Assembly: GCF_009914755.1 (NCBI RefSeq)
Contig: NC_060941.1
Reading direction: 5' to 3' (one strand)
Length of the DNA stretch: 64,000 bases
Source: the human T2T-CHM13v2.0 reference genome, Homo sapiens
Positions within the stretch are counted from its first letter, which is position 1. The number at the start of each line of letters is the position of its first letter. Shown here piece by piece: positions 32,871 to 48,589 of this stretch. Both the position numbers and the translations under genes were made by a program. A model generated the notes under the pieces. The model was not told the DNA's origin. It saw nothing but the letters and a program-made list of their open reading frames with translations, and made no database searches.

Positions 32871-35612
32871 AGCTTGTTACTCTACACCAAAGTGTAAAAG
32901 ACAGTCAGAAGCCCTGGGCTCTGTTGCTGACTTTCTTACCAACTGGCTGTGTGCTCTTCAGCAAGTCACTCCCTGTCTCTGCCTTGGTTCCTTCCTTAAC
33001 CACTCCATTAAATGAGGCACTCAATCAACTTGAATCAAAGAAATTACATGGGCTGTGGGGAGGGAAAGTGTAAGGTCTTTGATGGCTTGCTGTGCTATTA
33101 TCGGTAGTGAATTTTGTGACCTTGACTTGTCATCTGCTGGCCCTAAAGTATGTAGTGTTGATCTTTGTCAGTCTTACTTCTTGACCTGGGTGCTTGATTC
33201 CAGAAAGCCTCTTAAAGTGGGGCTCTGTATGTTTCTTTGTTGGGAGTGGATCCAGGCAGCAAGGGCCCAAGGTTATCAAGTACAAGGGCTTTGTCCCAGA
33301 GCCATCTCTGCTATAGATTGTCCTAGCTTTAGGTTGGCATGCACTTTCTACTTCAGATCCCCAGTGAGTCCTTGTTGGCAAATGTGGTGCTTTGATCTTT
33401 TAAAAGTTGAAGTTCAGCCCAAGACCTTGACCAAGGTCAAGTTCTCCTTCATTCCCAGTGGGCTTAGGAGGAGTGCTTTCTTGTCTGACTGATAGAGACA
33501 AGGAACCAAGTCGGCAGCAACCACAAGATATGGCGCACTAAAGGACTGGAAATTTTCTTGACAGTTTTTAATGCAGAGATGCCTAGAAAGAAGCTACCAC
33601 CCCACATGCCAATCCTCCAAGCAGGCCTTGTACCCAGCCATGGGCGAAAGGGCTGTACTGAGAACCACCAAATCCTGGCCTAGCCAGGATGGTGGCTGGT
33701 GTTTTCCAGGTACCTTGGTATTCAAAAAAGCCTTAGAACAGCAGATTTTGGTTTTGGAGGACAGGGGTGGAGCATGAAACCATGCTCATAGTATTTATCT
33801 ATAACCAATACAATGTTTAAAATGACCCGTCCCATTCGGGAAGGGCCGCGCAGGCCTAATGGCCCCTCTGCACATTTCCTCTTGGGCAAGGCCCAACACA
33901 AGTGCACCCTCCTTTCCACCCCTTAGTCCACTTGTTGGAACAACTTGTTTCAGACTCTTCATGTCGTCTAATCTTTCTAACCATATTCTGGAACTTTGAC
34001 TTTGACCTTGAGTTATAATTCCAAGTACTAAGCATTACTTGGGAGAGAATGTACCCCCGCGACTCAGCTGGCTCACTCAGAGTGGCGGGGTGTGGTGGGG
34101 GTGCTGGCCCAACAGACTCTAGTCACTCATGGAAAGGGGTCTCTCTTCTGACCATTTCCAGACATCTTCACATGATCTCAGTTTGATTTTTAGCTTCCTT
34201 TTTGCTCTTCGCTTGTAATTTCTCAACATCAGACATGGCTGTTTACCTCCACGTACATTACTGCCATGTGAAACCACTCTGTCCTCTGAGAGCAAATAAA
34301 CTGGCTTTAATGGGTATGCTGTCAAGTAACAGCTAAAGGGTTAAAAGTTTGAGCAGGCAGGCTGGCCAGCAGGAGTTAGTGGTGTGGAGTAAGAGGGACG
34401 CCAGCCTGTCTCTAAACTTTTTGGCCCTCCCCAAGTACAGAGATGAAGGAAGAGCCTCTATAAATCACTGGAGATTAGAGACCCCGTTCTTGCCGACTCC
34501 ACAGGGTTGCACTGCTTAATGTCAAAGCCTCACGTATTACTCTAACAGCACTCCTTTTCTTTATTAAATCCACTTTGAAATAAAAAAAAAATGATGATCT
34601 TTCCAGTAAGGGGGAGAAGGCTAAAAGGATTTAGAAAGTATCTGCTATGTTACATTACAGAGACTAATAACTGTTTAGGGAGTAAGTAACATTTTTGCAC
34701 CATCTTAAGCCATAAAAGCGAAGAGAGGTATAAAGGTCTGTTCCTTAGAATCAATTTGTTTGAGTGTTTATTTTGCCCCGTGTCCTTGCCTCCAGGTTTC
34801 CTTCAAAGTGTGAGCAAAGCAACTGGGAAACTGATGTGAGTGCTGATAGCCAAAAGGTCTGGGACACTAAATTTTTCAGAAATTAGGGTGTTTACTTGGG
34901 TTCGTGTGTGTAAAGGGAGCATGGGAAGGGAGTGTGGTGGTGGAAAGAGTTCTACTTTTATACTTAAAAGAAAAAATGCAAACTTTGTGTTCCTTTGGAG
35001 GCCGAAACTAAGCTTATCTCCTTCATCTGACTTTAATGAAGACATATTTTAAGCAGCTGCACCCATGTCAAATGTCATATTTTGGCTCAAAACGTCCACC
35101 TTCTGGGTGGGAGTTTTCTCAAACTAAGAAGTTGGTAGTAATTATAAGCTAATTGAGGAGCAGTAAGCAGAAGTCTGATTGTCACAAAACGTAAGTTAAA
35201 AATTATATAGATGAAAAAAGAGTGGCATGAATTGGTTATTTGTTAAAGCTGGCAGTGGGGTTTATTATACCATTCTCTCTGCTTATATATGTTTAAGATG
35301 TTCATAATAGAAAAACAAATCAGTTTAAATAAAATGCTTAGCACTTACTAACCAAAAATAAACCAATGTGAGCTAAAATATTAAATCACCAATTATAGCT
35401 TTTTAATTTATACTTTCAGAGAGATCTAGATAACGAAAAACGACAGAGAATTTGGGTGCCTCTAATTTGTTTACTACCCATTAGGGCTTGAAGCTTCTTT
35501 CTGTTTATTCCTTTATAGTCAAATGCCCATTACTTCAACAGAATTGTTCCAGGAAGGTAGGATTCCATCATTAAGAGCCCAGAAAAAAAAGCCTTGAAAA
35601 TCTTGGGAGTAA

Positions 35613-35931
<319 letters not shown>

Positions 35932-37220
35932 TAGTTTGCCTATTTTAGCCAAGCACTGGCGAACCAAGTCCATTTTGTGTTTAGGGTTTCACTTGTTTAT
36001 TCAGCAAACATTTGATGAACAACTACAGCCTACCAGGTACTTTGCTAGCTATTGGTGATTTAAACAAACAAACAAACAAAAGAAACGAATAACCCAGGCT
36101 CCAACTCTGGAGAAACTTACCATCTTAAAAGGAAATATTTAAAACATGATTACATATAAAATAGCATGAAACCTTAAAAATAAAGGCCACTTTTAAACAT
36201 TACTATACTTGATGTGGGGAGAGGAATTGAGCTTGCTTTCTGTAGCTCCCGGATTATGACTTAGAGAAGGATTGTGAGATTTGAGATGAGCTAGGAACTG
36301 TTTTCAAGCCAACTGCTAGACTGGTATGTTGTTTCCATTTGCATTTTGAAGTTTGGAAAGGGTTCACACCTTTAAAATGTGGTTCATATTTGCCGGGAAA
36401 AAAATGGCTTGTTTTGCTGTGCTTCCCATCCAAGAGCTGACAAGTCACAGCTTTTTATTCTGACTAACAGCTTGAAGGTATCACCTCTGCAGGCTCCTGA
36501 CACAATGAATTGCGGTTCTTCATTTATGGCAGTTTGTGCTTCGTGTACACTTTCATGTGTTTAGGATGGTTGCCCAGTTTTAAAGTAGCAGCTCTTAAAA
36601 TAGCTGGAAATGGATTTGGAGTTCAGGTTTGGTTGAAAGTGGGCTGATGGTGGTTGTGCGTGTGTCGGTGTGTGCCCACTTGCAAGCCTGTATGCACGCC
36701 CGTGCTGCTGTGAGTCAGTCCAGAGCAGTTTACACAGGGGTCCACTGTGATAGAAAATATAAGGCATGTAGGGTGAGGAGGAAGAGGGTGGGAGGATTGC
36801 ATCTAGTGATCCTGGAACAGTTGCTCAGACCAGCATTTAGTGTTTTATTAGGAGAGAACAACTCTATAAAAGGAACAAGAGGTTCAATCATTATAGAGTG
36901 GGGCGACAGGAGGCAGCTGCCAGCATGACTTTGAAAACCCTTGGAGATCCTAGAAGACTTGCCACATGTAACGTGGAGCAGCTGCTGGGATCATTTAGGA
37001 GAAATGCAGAACTTGGCACCCACCCACGCCTGCAGGGGATAGATTCTAGGATCACCCCAATGTTTTCTTTAGATGAGTTCCAACCCCACCCCACCCCCAC
37101 TTTCCTTGCCATTGAACATTCTCACAGCAGCTCTTGTATTTTTCTTTTTTATTCCAGGTAGTTTTGCAGAGAATTAAGAGAAAAGGATAGTCCCCTAGTT
37201 TGATTTGAAAAGAAATGAGG

Positions 37221-37517
37221 GGCCGGGCATGGTGGCTCACACCTGTAATCCTAGCACTTTGGGAGGCCGAGGTGGGCAGATCACTTTGAGCTCAGGAATT
37301 CGAGACTAGCCTGGGCAATGTGGCAAAACCCCATCTCTACTAAAAATACAAAAATTAGCCAGGCGTGGTGGTGGGTGCCTGTAATCCCAGCTACTCAGGA
37401 GGCTGAGGCATGAGAATCGCTTGAACCCAGGAGGCAGAGGTTGCAGTGAGCCGAGATCACGCCATGCACTCCAGCCTGGGTGACAGAGCGAGGCTCCGTC
37501 TCAAAAAACAAGAAAAA
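37221..37517 (+). mobile_element. AluS
   Basis: TSD aaaagaaatgagg. Confidence 0.95.
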
Positions 37518-38580
37518 AGAAATGAGGGGTGAGGGGTCCTTTATGCTTGGGGGTCAGGCAGGTGTGGCCAGGTTGGGAGAATACAGAGGGTCCCCTATTC
37601 TTATGCCCATATGTGTACTTCATAAACAGATTGCCACAACCTTGCAAACTATCACTTACATGATGTCATGCAAGTAACGAAGTATGTGAATTTCATTTTT
37701 AAAAAATCTGCCTAGGATGTCTGTTTTTCATCAATACATACAGAATATTTGCAAAGCTGAACCCTTCAACTTTAAAAATCTCCAATTAAATCATATAAAC
37801 GTAAGCAATAACCAATGTTCAAATAAGCCAGAAGAAGGTTATTTATGGGGGGTTATTCTTGACAAGTGTATCATTTGACATATGTATAAAATTTTTGGTA
37901 AAGTTTTCTCAGAGTATAAATGCCAATAACTGCTGAAATTTGGCAACCAGCACATTTCTTCTGTGGACTCATGTTCTGTAAGCAAGCTCAGAGACCACCA
38001 GTATGTTCGTAAAAATTATTACTGATGTAATCTTGAACAGGAGGTGGCCCCAACTTCATTTGGGAACAAATGGAGGGAAAATTAAAGGGTAGATGTGGAA
38101 ATAGTCATAGTTTCATCTTTAGAAGGGATATTAGAAATCGTGCAGGTTGGAAATCTCACTTATAGCTTGAGAAAATCCTCCTGCCCCTCTACTCCAAGAG
38201 ATTCTGATAACTTCTCTCCTGCCTTACCTCCCTCACCCCAGTTTGAAAATCATTCTCACTCTTACTAATAGGAGAGCTGCCTATCATCAGATATGTTGAG
38301 ATGGTGAAAAAAAAAGTTAAGAACTGCACGTTTAACCTTCTTGGCTCGTTTTTAAGACAAGACTATTAGGGCCCAGAGAAGTCCCGTAGAGGATAGCAGA
38401 ACAAGGTCTTCATATTCTGTCACTTGGAAGTGACAGGTATATGGACCCAGCCATTTCTAAGACATTAAATCACAACCCTCATGCTGTTGCCATATGACCA
38501 GGGATCAGCACTGTCAAGTATGAAAGAGAGAAGACTATGGGGCTGGTGCTATGAGGAACTATATAGGGTCATATCCTTAA

Positions 38581-38939
<359 letters not shown>

Positions 38940-40518
38940 TAGTTAAATAGTTAAGCAATAGAGTATTTCATCCTTGTATTTTCCAGTCTCCAAAATAAGT
39001 TATTTTAAAATACAATAAATGTATAGAACAGATCCCAACTACTGTAGTTAAACTTATAATGGAGTTACTCATCATGTTTGAAAAAAGCCTTGCAATATAA
39101 TATCATATGTTTTTATTCCAGGCCCACAAATAGGTGGTAGTACTGTGATGTCCCTACTCACGGGTCCTTTCCCTCTTTATTTGAGGGACAAGGAACTTCC
39201 CACCAGCCTAGGGAAAATCATCCATCCTAAGTATCTTTAAACATTTGATTTGATTAAGTCCTACAAGGAACAAGCAGAGTTATGCTAGCCACAGCGTGGT
39301 ATTTGGAATTCCTTTTGTTATTAAAAAATTCCATGCTGGTTGTATGAGTTCAGGAAGCCTGAGGAGGGATAAGAAATAGACCTTTTGTCTAGTGCTATTT
39401 TAACACACTTCTTCAGGTGTTGGTGGGCAAACTGGCCTTGAAAGGCCTTGAGTTCTTAACATAGTTGAGTCTCAGGCCCAGGCTGGGTAGCAGAAATGCC
39501 CTACCTCATTGAGTACTCTTCTGTGTCATCTCTTCTGTCCCTGTATTTGTCTGGATTCTCAAAACATTGTCTTGTCACTTAAAAACATTAAGACGTGCTC
39601 CATCCAGTCTCCATTGCTGGGATTTAGTCTGTATTTGATGCAGCTGGTCTTTGGGATGAGCTCAGTCTTCCCCAACCATCATAAGGCAGTTTCTCTTGAG
39701 ACTTCTGGTCCATTGCTACTCTTGAGATCTTTGCCCCGAAGTCAGCCCTCTCTGCCCCTATGGTGCCTTCAGTATGACAGGTCAGTTAAACATCAGCTGC
39801 CTTAGTAATTCAGGAAACAAAGACAGCCTCCAAGCCTCTGATGACATCACTACTCAAGACTGTGTCTGGCAGGAAGGGCTTGGTGTCACTTTATGAAGGA
39901 GACAAGCTGAGAATCGCACCTTCTAAACAGTCCCTGCTAAGTGCTGAAGTCTTGATTGGAGATGTGCTGTCCCGAGGCTTCTCTCTAAGCCCTTGGAGGG
40001 TATGCTCCCTAATAAGCTGCCCCAGAGAGGCAGTCCAGACAAGGAATTCCCTTTAAATGGTGGGTCACAACATCTGGAATGATTGTGCTGGATTACTAGG
40101 GAGCCTGGGCAGCAGCGCTTTTCATCCTTCCTTAAACTTTATTCTCAAGAGAAGTGGTTTATAAGGAGCAGGTGATACGCAAAGAGGCGTTGGTGATGGA
40201 GACTTCTGCTGGAGAGCAGCCTGGCTCCTGGGGAGGATGAGCAGAGAACCCCTGTCTCTGACACTAAATGCCCAGCGTAATCCCCAAGGCAAAGGACAGA
40301 CTGAGAGAGTTTTGTCAGATGAGTAGCTGTCTCTCTGTCTCTGCCAGGGGAACTCCTTTCCTGTGGGATTGCTGCTGCCAAGAGTGACAGTGCCTTCCTG
40401 ATGAGGGTTCCTTTGTTCAGGTATTTACCTGGTTATAGTAAAGCCTATTTCTGATACCACTCAGGTCAAAAAACTGTCGTGTTGGGATGTCCATGGTTGC
40501 CGTTTGAAATTTCTGTAG

Positions 40519-40841
<323 letters not shown>

Positions 40842-41499
40842 TCATCACAATTTTCAACACAACAGTTGCTTAGACAGCTCCTGCATCAGCCCAAAAGGGA
40901 TATGAAAAGTTTCTTTCTCCCCTGAAAATGAGTTTGGTTTTGCCAGTGATATTTAGAAAAATATTTCCAAAATTTCTTCCTAGCGACATAGAATGTAAAT
41001 GTGTATCATTACCATAAGAGACAGATGTCTGTTTCCATACTCTCTCATTCTTCCAGTCAGGTTAAACAGGCTTTACCCAGAGGTCATATGCATTCTCCAA
41101 GTTCCTGGTGGTTACCTTGAGTTAGCCCTAATGACAATTTGATGAAACAGTTGCTGGTAAAATCAGCAAAGGCAACTAGCACGATCACTATGAGTTGATG
41201 GTCCCAAAGGCCCATCCAGTGGGTTTGAGGGAACCCAGTGGTTCCAAGGCAGGCAGTAATAATATTTTTCCAAACTTCAGGTTCTCTGTGGAGAGGCTGT
41301 TCTTCAGAATTCTGCCTCTTTTTGAAAAAGGTAATTTTGACGAAGGTACATGAAATAGAGCCCGAATATTGACATCATCTCCAGCCAAAGTTCTCATTCC
41401 CCAGTGTGAATTCTTTCCTGTCCCTCTTGCAGTTATTACTATGTTTTTCTGTAGGAAAAGATGTATTTACTAGAACATATTTCTACCATTTTATTGGTT

Positions 41500-42200
41500 T
41501 ATTTATTTATTCAACAGAAATTTATTAAGCACCAACCACATGGCAGAGGAGGCATCCTGGAAAAATTATTGACTAAACCAAGTCTTGAAGAATGAGTTGC
41601 AATTAGCCAGGCAGCAGCGAAGAGGGAATAGCACTTGCAAAGTCCGTTTACAAGAGGAGACAGAGCACAAACAAGGAGCTGTGTTTAGTTCAGGATGGCC
41701 AGGACATAAGACATAAATGCTTGGAGTTGTAGGAGAAATAAAGGGCTGATCATGGGGAGGTTGGGTTTCATGGTAGAGAGTCTGAAGGCTTTGGGGAGTC
41801 CCCTTGGAATTTTAAACAAGGTAATATGATCAACACGTGTTTCGGAAAACCCACTTAGGCTACAGTGTGGAAAATTGATTGAAGTGGGGTGAGACTGGAT
41901 CCAGGAAACCGCCAGGTACCAATTATTTATCGAAGTGAGGAGTGATGAATGCCTTCCGTAAGGTAGGGATAGGAGGAATGGAGAGGAGGCTCCAACATGG
42001 GAAAGGAAATTCAGGGGCTCCATGACAGTCAATGCATATGGGATTTAGAATGCAATAGAAAGGTGGGAGTCTAAGATGCCACTCAAATTCTGGCTTGATA
42101 ACTGAGTAGAAAGCAGTACCAGTCACAGAGGAAGAGGCTGGGGATGGAGGAGAGAAGGTGTGTTCACTTTGGAGCATACTGAGTTAAGGAGCCTAAAGAA
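41500..42200 (-). mobile_element. L2 remnant
   Basis: ttcaacagaaatttattaagcacc...gtcttgaagaatgagt...ggctacagtgtggaaaattgattg. Confidence 0.75.
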
Positions 42201-43642
42201 CAGCCGAGAGAAAGGGAAGCCAAAGTCATACTCCTTGACTTTTTCTTTATTGGCTTAGACTGTCTGGTGATCTAGTGGTGTGTGTGTATGCCGGGGGAGG
42301 GCAGAGATGGGCACGTGAAAACTCTCAGCATCCAAGAGAAGTTCACCTAAACCCTCCTGTTATTTCCAAAATTTGACCAGATGTTTAAGCAAATTAACAA
42401 ATGATTAAAGCAGCAGTCAGCGGGGACCTAGACCCCTGTGGAAATAAGCAAAGGGGCAAAACTGCAGAGAAAGCCAAGCCCAGGTGTTCTTGTTGAAGGG
42501 AGGTCAGTGTGATGGGGGTCCTCAGTGGTCGATGGGCAGAGTCAAAATGAAGCAAGCTGAGTCTGGTGGAGAGGGTGAAATCGGAAATCTAGGAAAAGTA
42601 CAGGTGTTCGTGTTCACTGTGAGAATAACTTCTACCTAACAGCTATGCTCTCAACGGTATTTTTATTCCGTCCACTGTTGGTAGCACATTCTACTTTTCT
42701 CTATAGCCAAGTATTTTTCTTTCTCTAAGGGATGTCGTCCCCTAAAAAGACTGTTTCCAATAGTATCAAACGACTACCAATTAGTATTTTGTTGTAGCAA
42801 AATGAACTAGCAGCTGAGCAGCTAACTTGGGTCTCCCTGCAGCTTCATCAGTAGCTTTTTGTGGGGCCTTGGGCAAGTCATAGGTTTCTCTCTGGACCTT
42901 AGCTTTCTTCTCCATAAAGTTAAGGAACCTATCCTAGCAGGTTTCTAGAGTCACTTTCAGCATGATCCTTCTATATTTGTGTTCATTACTGGTTTGAAAA
43001 GGCCACGAGTCTCACTTAGAATGGCAGCTTCTTCTCACTCACCAAAGACATAGGCCTGGACATCAGCAAAACACTTCAGTAAATTGTAGTTCCCAACACA
43101 CTTTTATGCCTAGTGTGTAACAGGGCTGGAAAACTGCCACAGAGACACTCACTACAGCCCTTAACTCATTAGGGGTCATTTAGAATGTCAGGTTTAAAAA
43201 TCAGCTGTCCCCCCAGGCCCCTCCCCACCCAGTCAGCTCCCTAGCTAGCCTCATCTAGAGACTGCATTTCTCATTGATCTTAAAATAAAAAAGGAAATAA
43301 AATGAAAAGGACTTTGGCTCTAGTATGTGGAAACTCTTCCAAATGCCCTGGTCTTTGTGACCATGCAAAGGCTGGCTCTCTTGAGCATCATCACTCTCCG
43401 TGTGAGTTGATCCTCTAGCTCACATTCTCTGCCCTGAGAATAATGATGAGAGAGATCCTCGGGAAGGCCCACTGCCTTTCCAATCTACTTCCAAAAGGGA
43501 GCCAGAATCCAAGCCCCCAAAGGGGACGTCCCACACCCTGCATCCTCCACCTTTTCAGTCATCCTTCTCACCCTTCTCTGGCAACAGAGAGTTCAGTGCC
43601 CTCAAGTGTGGGCTGCCTTCCAGTTCAAAGTAGTCACATGCC

Positions 43643-43644
<2 letters not shown>

Positions 43645-43674
<30 letters not shown>

Positions 43675-43974
43675 TTATTATTATTATTATTTGAGATGGA
43701 GTCTTGCCCTGTCGCCTAGGCTGGAGTGCAGTGGCGCAATCTTGGCTCACTGCAATCTCTGCCTCCTGGGTTCAAGCAGTTCTCCTGCCTCAGCCTCCTG
43801 AGTGGCTGGGATGAGAGGCACCCTGCACCATACCCGGCTACTTTTTATATTTTTAGTAGAGATGAGATTTCGCCATGGTGGCCAGGTTGGTCTCTAACTC
43901 CTGACTTTAGGTGATCCTCCCACCTCAGCCTCCCAAAGTGCTGGGATTACAGGCATGAGCCACCGTGCCTGGCC
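43645..43974 (-). mobile_element. AluS with (TTTA)n(TTA)n tail
   Basis: Full Alu reverse complement. Confidence 0.95.
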
Positions 43975-44013
43975 TATAATTTAAATGTAGATAGCAAAAG
44001 ATGAGATTCTGAG

Positions 44014-44383
<370 letters not shown>

Positions 44384-45954
44384 TCATAGCCATTTCATAG
44401 CATTCTTTAGAGGGTTTGGCGTTCATTGCCCAAAGAATCTCATTAATATTTGTGCTATTAGTGTGGGGCAGTTAATGAGTATCAAAATGGTTGCTTCACA
44501 CACAGCTATTAGCCAGAGAGGTTTAGTTGCTTACCTGTGGTCACACAGCAAGTGAGTGATGAGCCAGGATTAGGAACAATCCAGGTGGTAATGAAACTGA
44601 AATGTTTTGGCTCTGACAGCATAGTTCAGCAAAAGGATGCGGGTCCTAGGACAGGGAGTGCAGCTTAGCCTTTGAGTCCCATTGTTATCCCAGGAGAACT
44701 GTATTTTCTACTTTCCTGAATTCTATTATGACAGGTTTTAAAAAATGATTTCAAATTTATGTGTATGCACGTGCATGAAAATATGTGGCTGCTCACAGAT
44801 ACGTGTATAGAAGATGAAAGAGAAAAATGGACAACTTATAATTACAGATATTTTCATTCATCTGGTATCCAGATGATCTCCCTTGATTCTGACAGTTTTG
44901 ACAAATCAGTTTATTAAAATTGTAAATGTAACCCAGAGCTGTTTAGTACAGTACTAGGCAGAAGGTGCTTTCTCCTCACGTTACATTTTGCTGTTGCATT
45001 ATTAGAAGTAAATACAGCTTATACTGAAAGGACAAAACAGCCAGCCAGTCTTCTATGAGAAAGATGTCACTTGCCACATACAGTCCCAGTTGGTTTCACT
45101 GTCCCGAGACCCTAAGGATGTTTTCGTAGAGCTTTGACCTTGATGAAGCACAGAGAAGTGTCTGGTCCCCATGCCCGCCCTCCTCCCCTTTAACTCCTCG
45201 CCTGCCCCTTCAACTTCAGTTTTCTAAAGAGAAAACTTGCTCCCTAAGCTCCCAGAAGGCATTACTCAGGTGACATTTGGGGAAGGAAATGATCAGTAGG
45301 GCAAGTTTTAATTTAGGGCATTTAAACCCATTGTGCTTAAGTACCAGATTTCATTGCAGACTCTTTAGAAAAAATGTATGGCATCTTGACGCAGTGTTCC
45401 TGGCCAAAAAAGAAAAGAAAAGAAAAGAAAAATGTATGGCAGTAAGTAATGCCATGCGAGGGCAAGCTGGGAACAGTGAACACTCAAACAATGAGAGAAG
45501 AAATGTACAAAATGTGGAACTCTCTGCATTAGCTGAAAATAGGGAAAAGAATACCTTTTTTTCCCTCATCACCTACCACAGAAAGTTCAGAGAAGTTTTT
45601 ATTTCATATCTGATTAGCTTCAATTGACAATGTTTTCTACACTCTGATTTTGTTCCAGCAGCTTTCCTCCTCCCTCCCTCTTCTAGCCTCTGCCCAGGAA
45701 TCATTTGTAGGCAAACACATATATTTGTGACAGGACATCTTCATCTTAGTGCCACAGACCACTGGCAATCTGGCCAAGCCTGCAGACCCTTTCTCAGAAT
45801 ATTTTTAAATAAATAAAGTGTGTAGGAACATAATTACCAAAATATTTTAAATGCCCACACATTTATGATATAGTAATATATGTACTTATTTTTAACATAT
45901 TAACTAAACAGAATTCATCACTGCTGTACTTTCAAAGTCAAAATGTGTGTGCAC

Positions 45955-46158
45955 CAGGGGTCAGCAAACTGCAGCCCACAGACTGTTTTGTAAATAAAGT
46001 TTTATCGGAACATAGCCATGCTCACTCATGTACATATTGTCCATACCTGCTTTCACACTACAGCAGCAGAATTGAATAGCTGGCCTCATGTCATATGGCC
46101 CTCAGAGTCTAAAATATTTGCCATCTGGCCCCTTTCAGAAAACGTTTCCCAATCCCTG
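45955..46158. mobile_element. MER58A
   Basis: caggggtcagcaaact...gtaaataaagttttatcggaacatagcc...ccctg termini; degenerate 8-bp TSD gtgtgcac/gtgtaaat. Confidence 0.85.
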
Positions 46159-46203
46159 GTGTAAATTGCAACAGTAGTAATGTGCAATGAAAAGACTGAT
46201 TTC

Positions 46204-46535
<332 letters not shown>

Positions 46536-48589
46536 CTACTGTTTTCTGCCTACATTATAATTGATATAAATGCAAAATTTCAGTTAGAAGTTAACAAAAA
46601 CATAGGAGTGATTTTTTTCACAGTCCAAATTCATGGACCACCTGAATTCTATTCATAGATCTCATGGAGGCCTGTGGACCCCAGGTTAGTAATCACCAAA
46701 TGGGATTACAGTTAAAAGAGCCTTTCAGCACAAATAGATACTTTCTTTACAGTGTAAAGAATCTGCACCCTTTCCGCCCCCTCACAAATGTCTGCATATT
46801 TTCATATCAATGAAAAAGACATCAGATCATCTCTAGAATTAGGTGAAGCACGGCCACTTTGAACGCTTATTCCCATTCTGCAGAGACCCAGTGGCTTGCT
46901 GAGGAAAGGCTAGTTCTGTCAGCTAGTCCTAAGAAAAAGTTGAGATTCTCTACACATACAGTCAGCTCATTACCTCCTCCCTGTCCCACTCTTGCCATGC
47001 CAGGAGAAAGAGCCAAAAACTCCCCCCTCCCCCGACTCCCAGGGTTCTCCTGTTCTCTCTGGTGTATTACTTGACTTTCCTCATCTTGTCTCTTAATGTC
47101 ACATCAGAATGTACCACGGAATCTGACTTTGCCATTTGTGTGGCTATGATGTCTTATTCTCCAGAGACGACTTCAAGTATTCAGCAATAACTCATGTCCA
47201 CTTAATGTGAAAATTGGTACCATCTAATAGAATCTTCAACATGCTAACCACACTATTCCAATAATGAAATGCAAATTTTCCTGCCTTTTTACTATGGTCA
47301 TTTTTAGATTCTTGAGGAATGAAATATCCTCTTTATTATGAATTAAGAACTGGAAATTAAGATGTGGAGTATTGTTACACTATTTTTAGATAGTCTCCTT
47401 ATCTGAAGTCCTAGGCTATCTTGTTTAATACTGACAATATAATTACAAGGTGCATATCATTATTACTCCCATTTTCTTGCTAAGGAAACTAAGATTTAGG
47501 TTACATTGATGAGTGACAGAATTCTAGAATTCATATTTTTTTTTCAGCTTTGAAAGAACAGACAACCCCACTTTATCTGATCCTTCATTTACAATATCAG
47601 CTACGGCCTCTGGATGTGTTTTTATCTAAGAGAATCCTACAGTAGTTCAGACTTTGTAGAGAAAGGCAGTGAGACGGAACAGTTCTGGCCATAGGGAGGA
47701 TGTAGGGTCTAGATCACTTTCTAAATTCCTTTTCCACGAAATACGGGCTTTGAGAGAGAAGACCATCTATCTCTAAGGTCCCTTCCAGTGCCATCTGACC
47801 ATCCATGGCTCTAGGATATTCAAAGCAAAAGATAGTTGAGGCAGCTCAACTTGTGATGAGTTCCCCTGTCTGCCTTTCAGACTGGCCATGGAAGGGAAAG
47901 GCCTGTCCGACAACAGGACCTCTGAGATGGACCCGAAGCACTTCAGCCCTTGTCCTGTGTGCTGAGCAGCTCTGCTGATACAGCAAAGCTGGGGGATAGT
48001 ATTGATTTTCCAGATAATATTAGCATGTCATCTCATTGAGACAGAATGAAGAGGATTTATGGGGAGCCAGAGCCGCACGCTGCTGCAGGAGGCCCAGTCT
48101 GTGGGCATCTTCTGAGCTGCCTAAAACAAGAATAAAATAGTCCCTCATCTATGAGCGTGGGGAAGAATGTAAACAAGCACCCGTGTTTGGGGATACAGCA
48201 GCGGCCTGGAACTTCTGAACGGCCAGAGAAACATCCAGTGGGTGAGAAGGAACACATGGGCTTCACCGAGCAATTAGTGCTGTAGGTTTAATAGAGTTTG
48301 AGTACTGATCTAGATTCAGCTCCATCGCCACTCAGCTTCCGGGATGGTGATTTGAACTGACAGTATTACCACCTGTTGTTCATTGGACTTTGGCACTTTC
48401 TCCTCCTGCTGTCATTTCTCATTACTGCCCTTGACTTCTTTCTAGAAGAGTGGGTACAGTGGGGAGTGACCAGCCCCCAGGAAGAGGACACAGGTACACG
48501 GCAGTGTGCACCCTCTCTTCTTTTGCCTATTTCTGGCTCTGCATGGCTTGAGTCAGAGTTGATATTTCCCCATCCCTTTTGTTCCCTTA

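Noticed and set aside
33055-33492. 145-aa ORF in unique DNA
   Set aside because: GTG start, composition typical of random translation, no recognisable homology
47200-47250. aaaattggtaccatctaatagaa, faintly like U6 snRNA
   Set aside because: Match too short and the flanks do not follow U6
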